64,000 nt of DNA. Origin: Octopus vulgaris (Eukaryota). Numbering within the stretch: position 1 is the stretch's first letter; every line of letters starts with the position of its first letter. A program made the translations under genes and the position numbers. The stretch spans positions 23,870,001 through 23,934,000 of the forward strand of contig OX597834.1 of assembly GCA_951406725.2 (NCBI GenBank), given 5' to 3'. Below, piece after piece: positions 63,545 to 64,000 of this stretch. The notes below the pieces were generated by a model. That model saw nothing but the letters and a program-made list of their open reading frames with translations, was not told where the DNA came from and did no database searches.

Positions 63545-64000
63545 AATCACTGGATGTGCAGTTTGCATGTTCGACAGAGTGTAAGCATCTTGAGAGAAAA
63601 GTTAGGCATCAGAGGTGTCATGTGTGGTGTGCAAGAGAGACGAATGCACTGGTATGGTCATGTGCTACATATGGATGAGGAGAGCTGTGTAAAGAAGTGC
63701 CAAGGAGTGTGGTAGAGGTAGACCAAGGAAAACATGGGTTGAGGTGGTGAAGCATGATCTCCGAACTTTGGGCCTCACAGAGGCAATGACTAGTGACCGA
63801 CACCTTTGGCAATATACTGTACTTGAGAAGACTCGTCAAGCCAAGTGAAACTGAAGTTGTGGCTGATGCTGGTGTCACTTAACCAGCACCTGTGCAGGTG
63901 GCATGTAAAGAGCACCTTTTGAGTGTTGAGCCTCACAGAAGCCAAATGGTTGAGCTTTTTTCGAATACTGGGCCTCACAGAGGCAATGACTGAAACTTTG
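63545..64000 (+). mobile_element. RTE LINE 3' end running into family-A-like UTR
   Basis: LREKLGI...RRMHWYGHVLHM..GRPRKTW; related decayed pieces at about 21600-22100 and 56150-57450. Confidence 0.75.

Overview
AT-rich, microsatellite- and transposon-dense eukaryotic DNA. The SINE, RTE and Penelope repertoire suggests an octopus or other cephalopod genome (inference). Two host genes are supported. One is an intronless GPR22-like rhodopsin-class GPCR (30773-31969, +). The other is a five-coding-exon C1orf21/DUF4612-family gene (46489-60641, -), reconstructed from splice sites and not visible as a single ORF in the track. The rest is decayed LINEs (RTE, CR1, HERO-like, L1/Tx1), Penelope-like elements (PLEs), hAT and mariner remnants, MITEs with clear TSDs, a Helitron nested in a piggyBac-type MITE, and several SINE families. 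The most unusual signal is about eight type-I minimal hammerhead-ribozyme-like motifs, nearly all in different sequence families, most with a short palindromic stem III and a non-canonical core. One carries a G3-C8 swap and sits in a 166-bp TSD-flanked element. Another pair belongs to a circularly permuted, retrozyme-like unit of about 400 nt. All folds were done by eye and activity is untested. Most ORFs in the supplied track are microsatellite or SINE artefacts.
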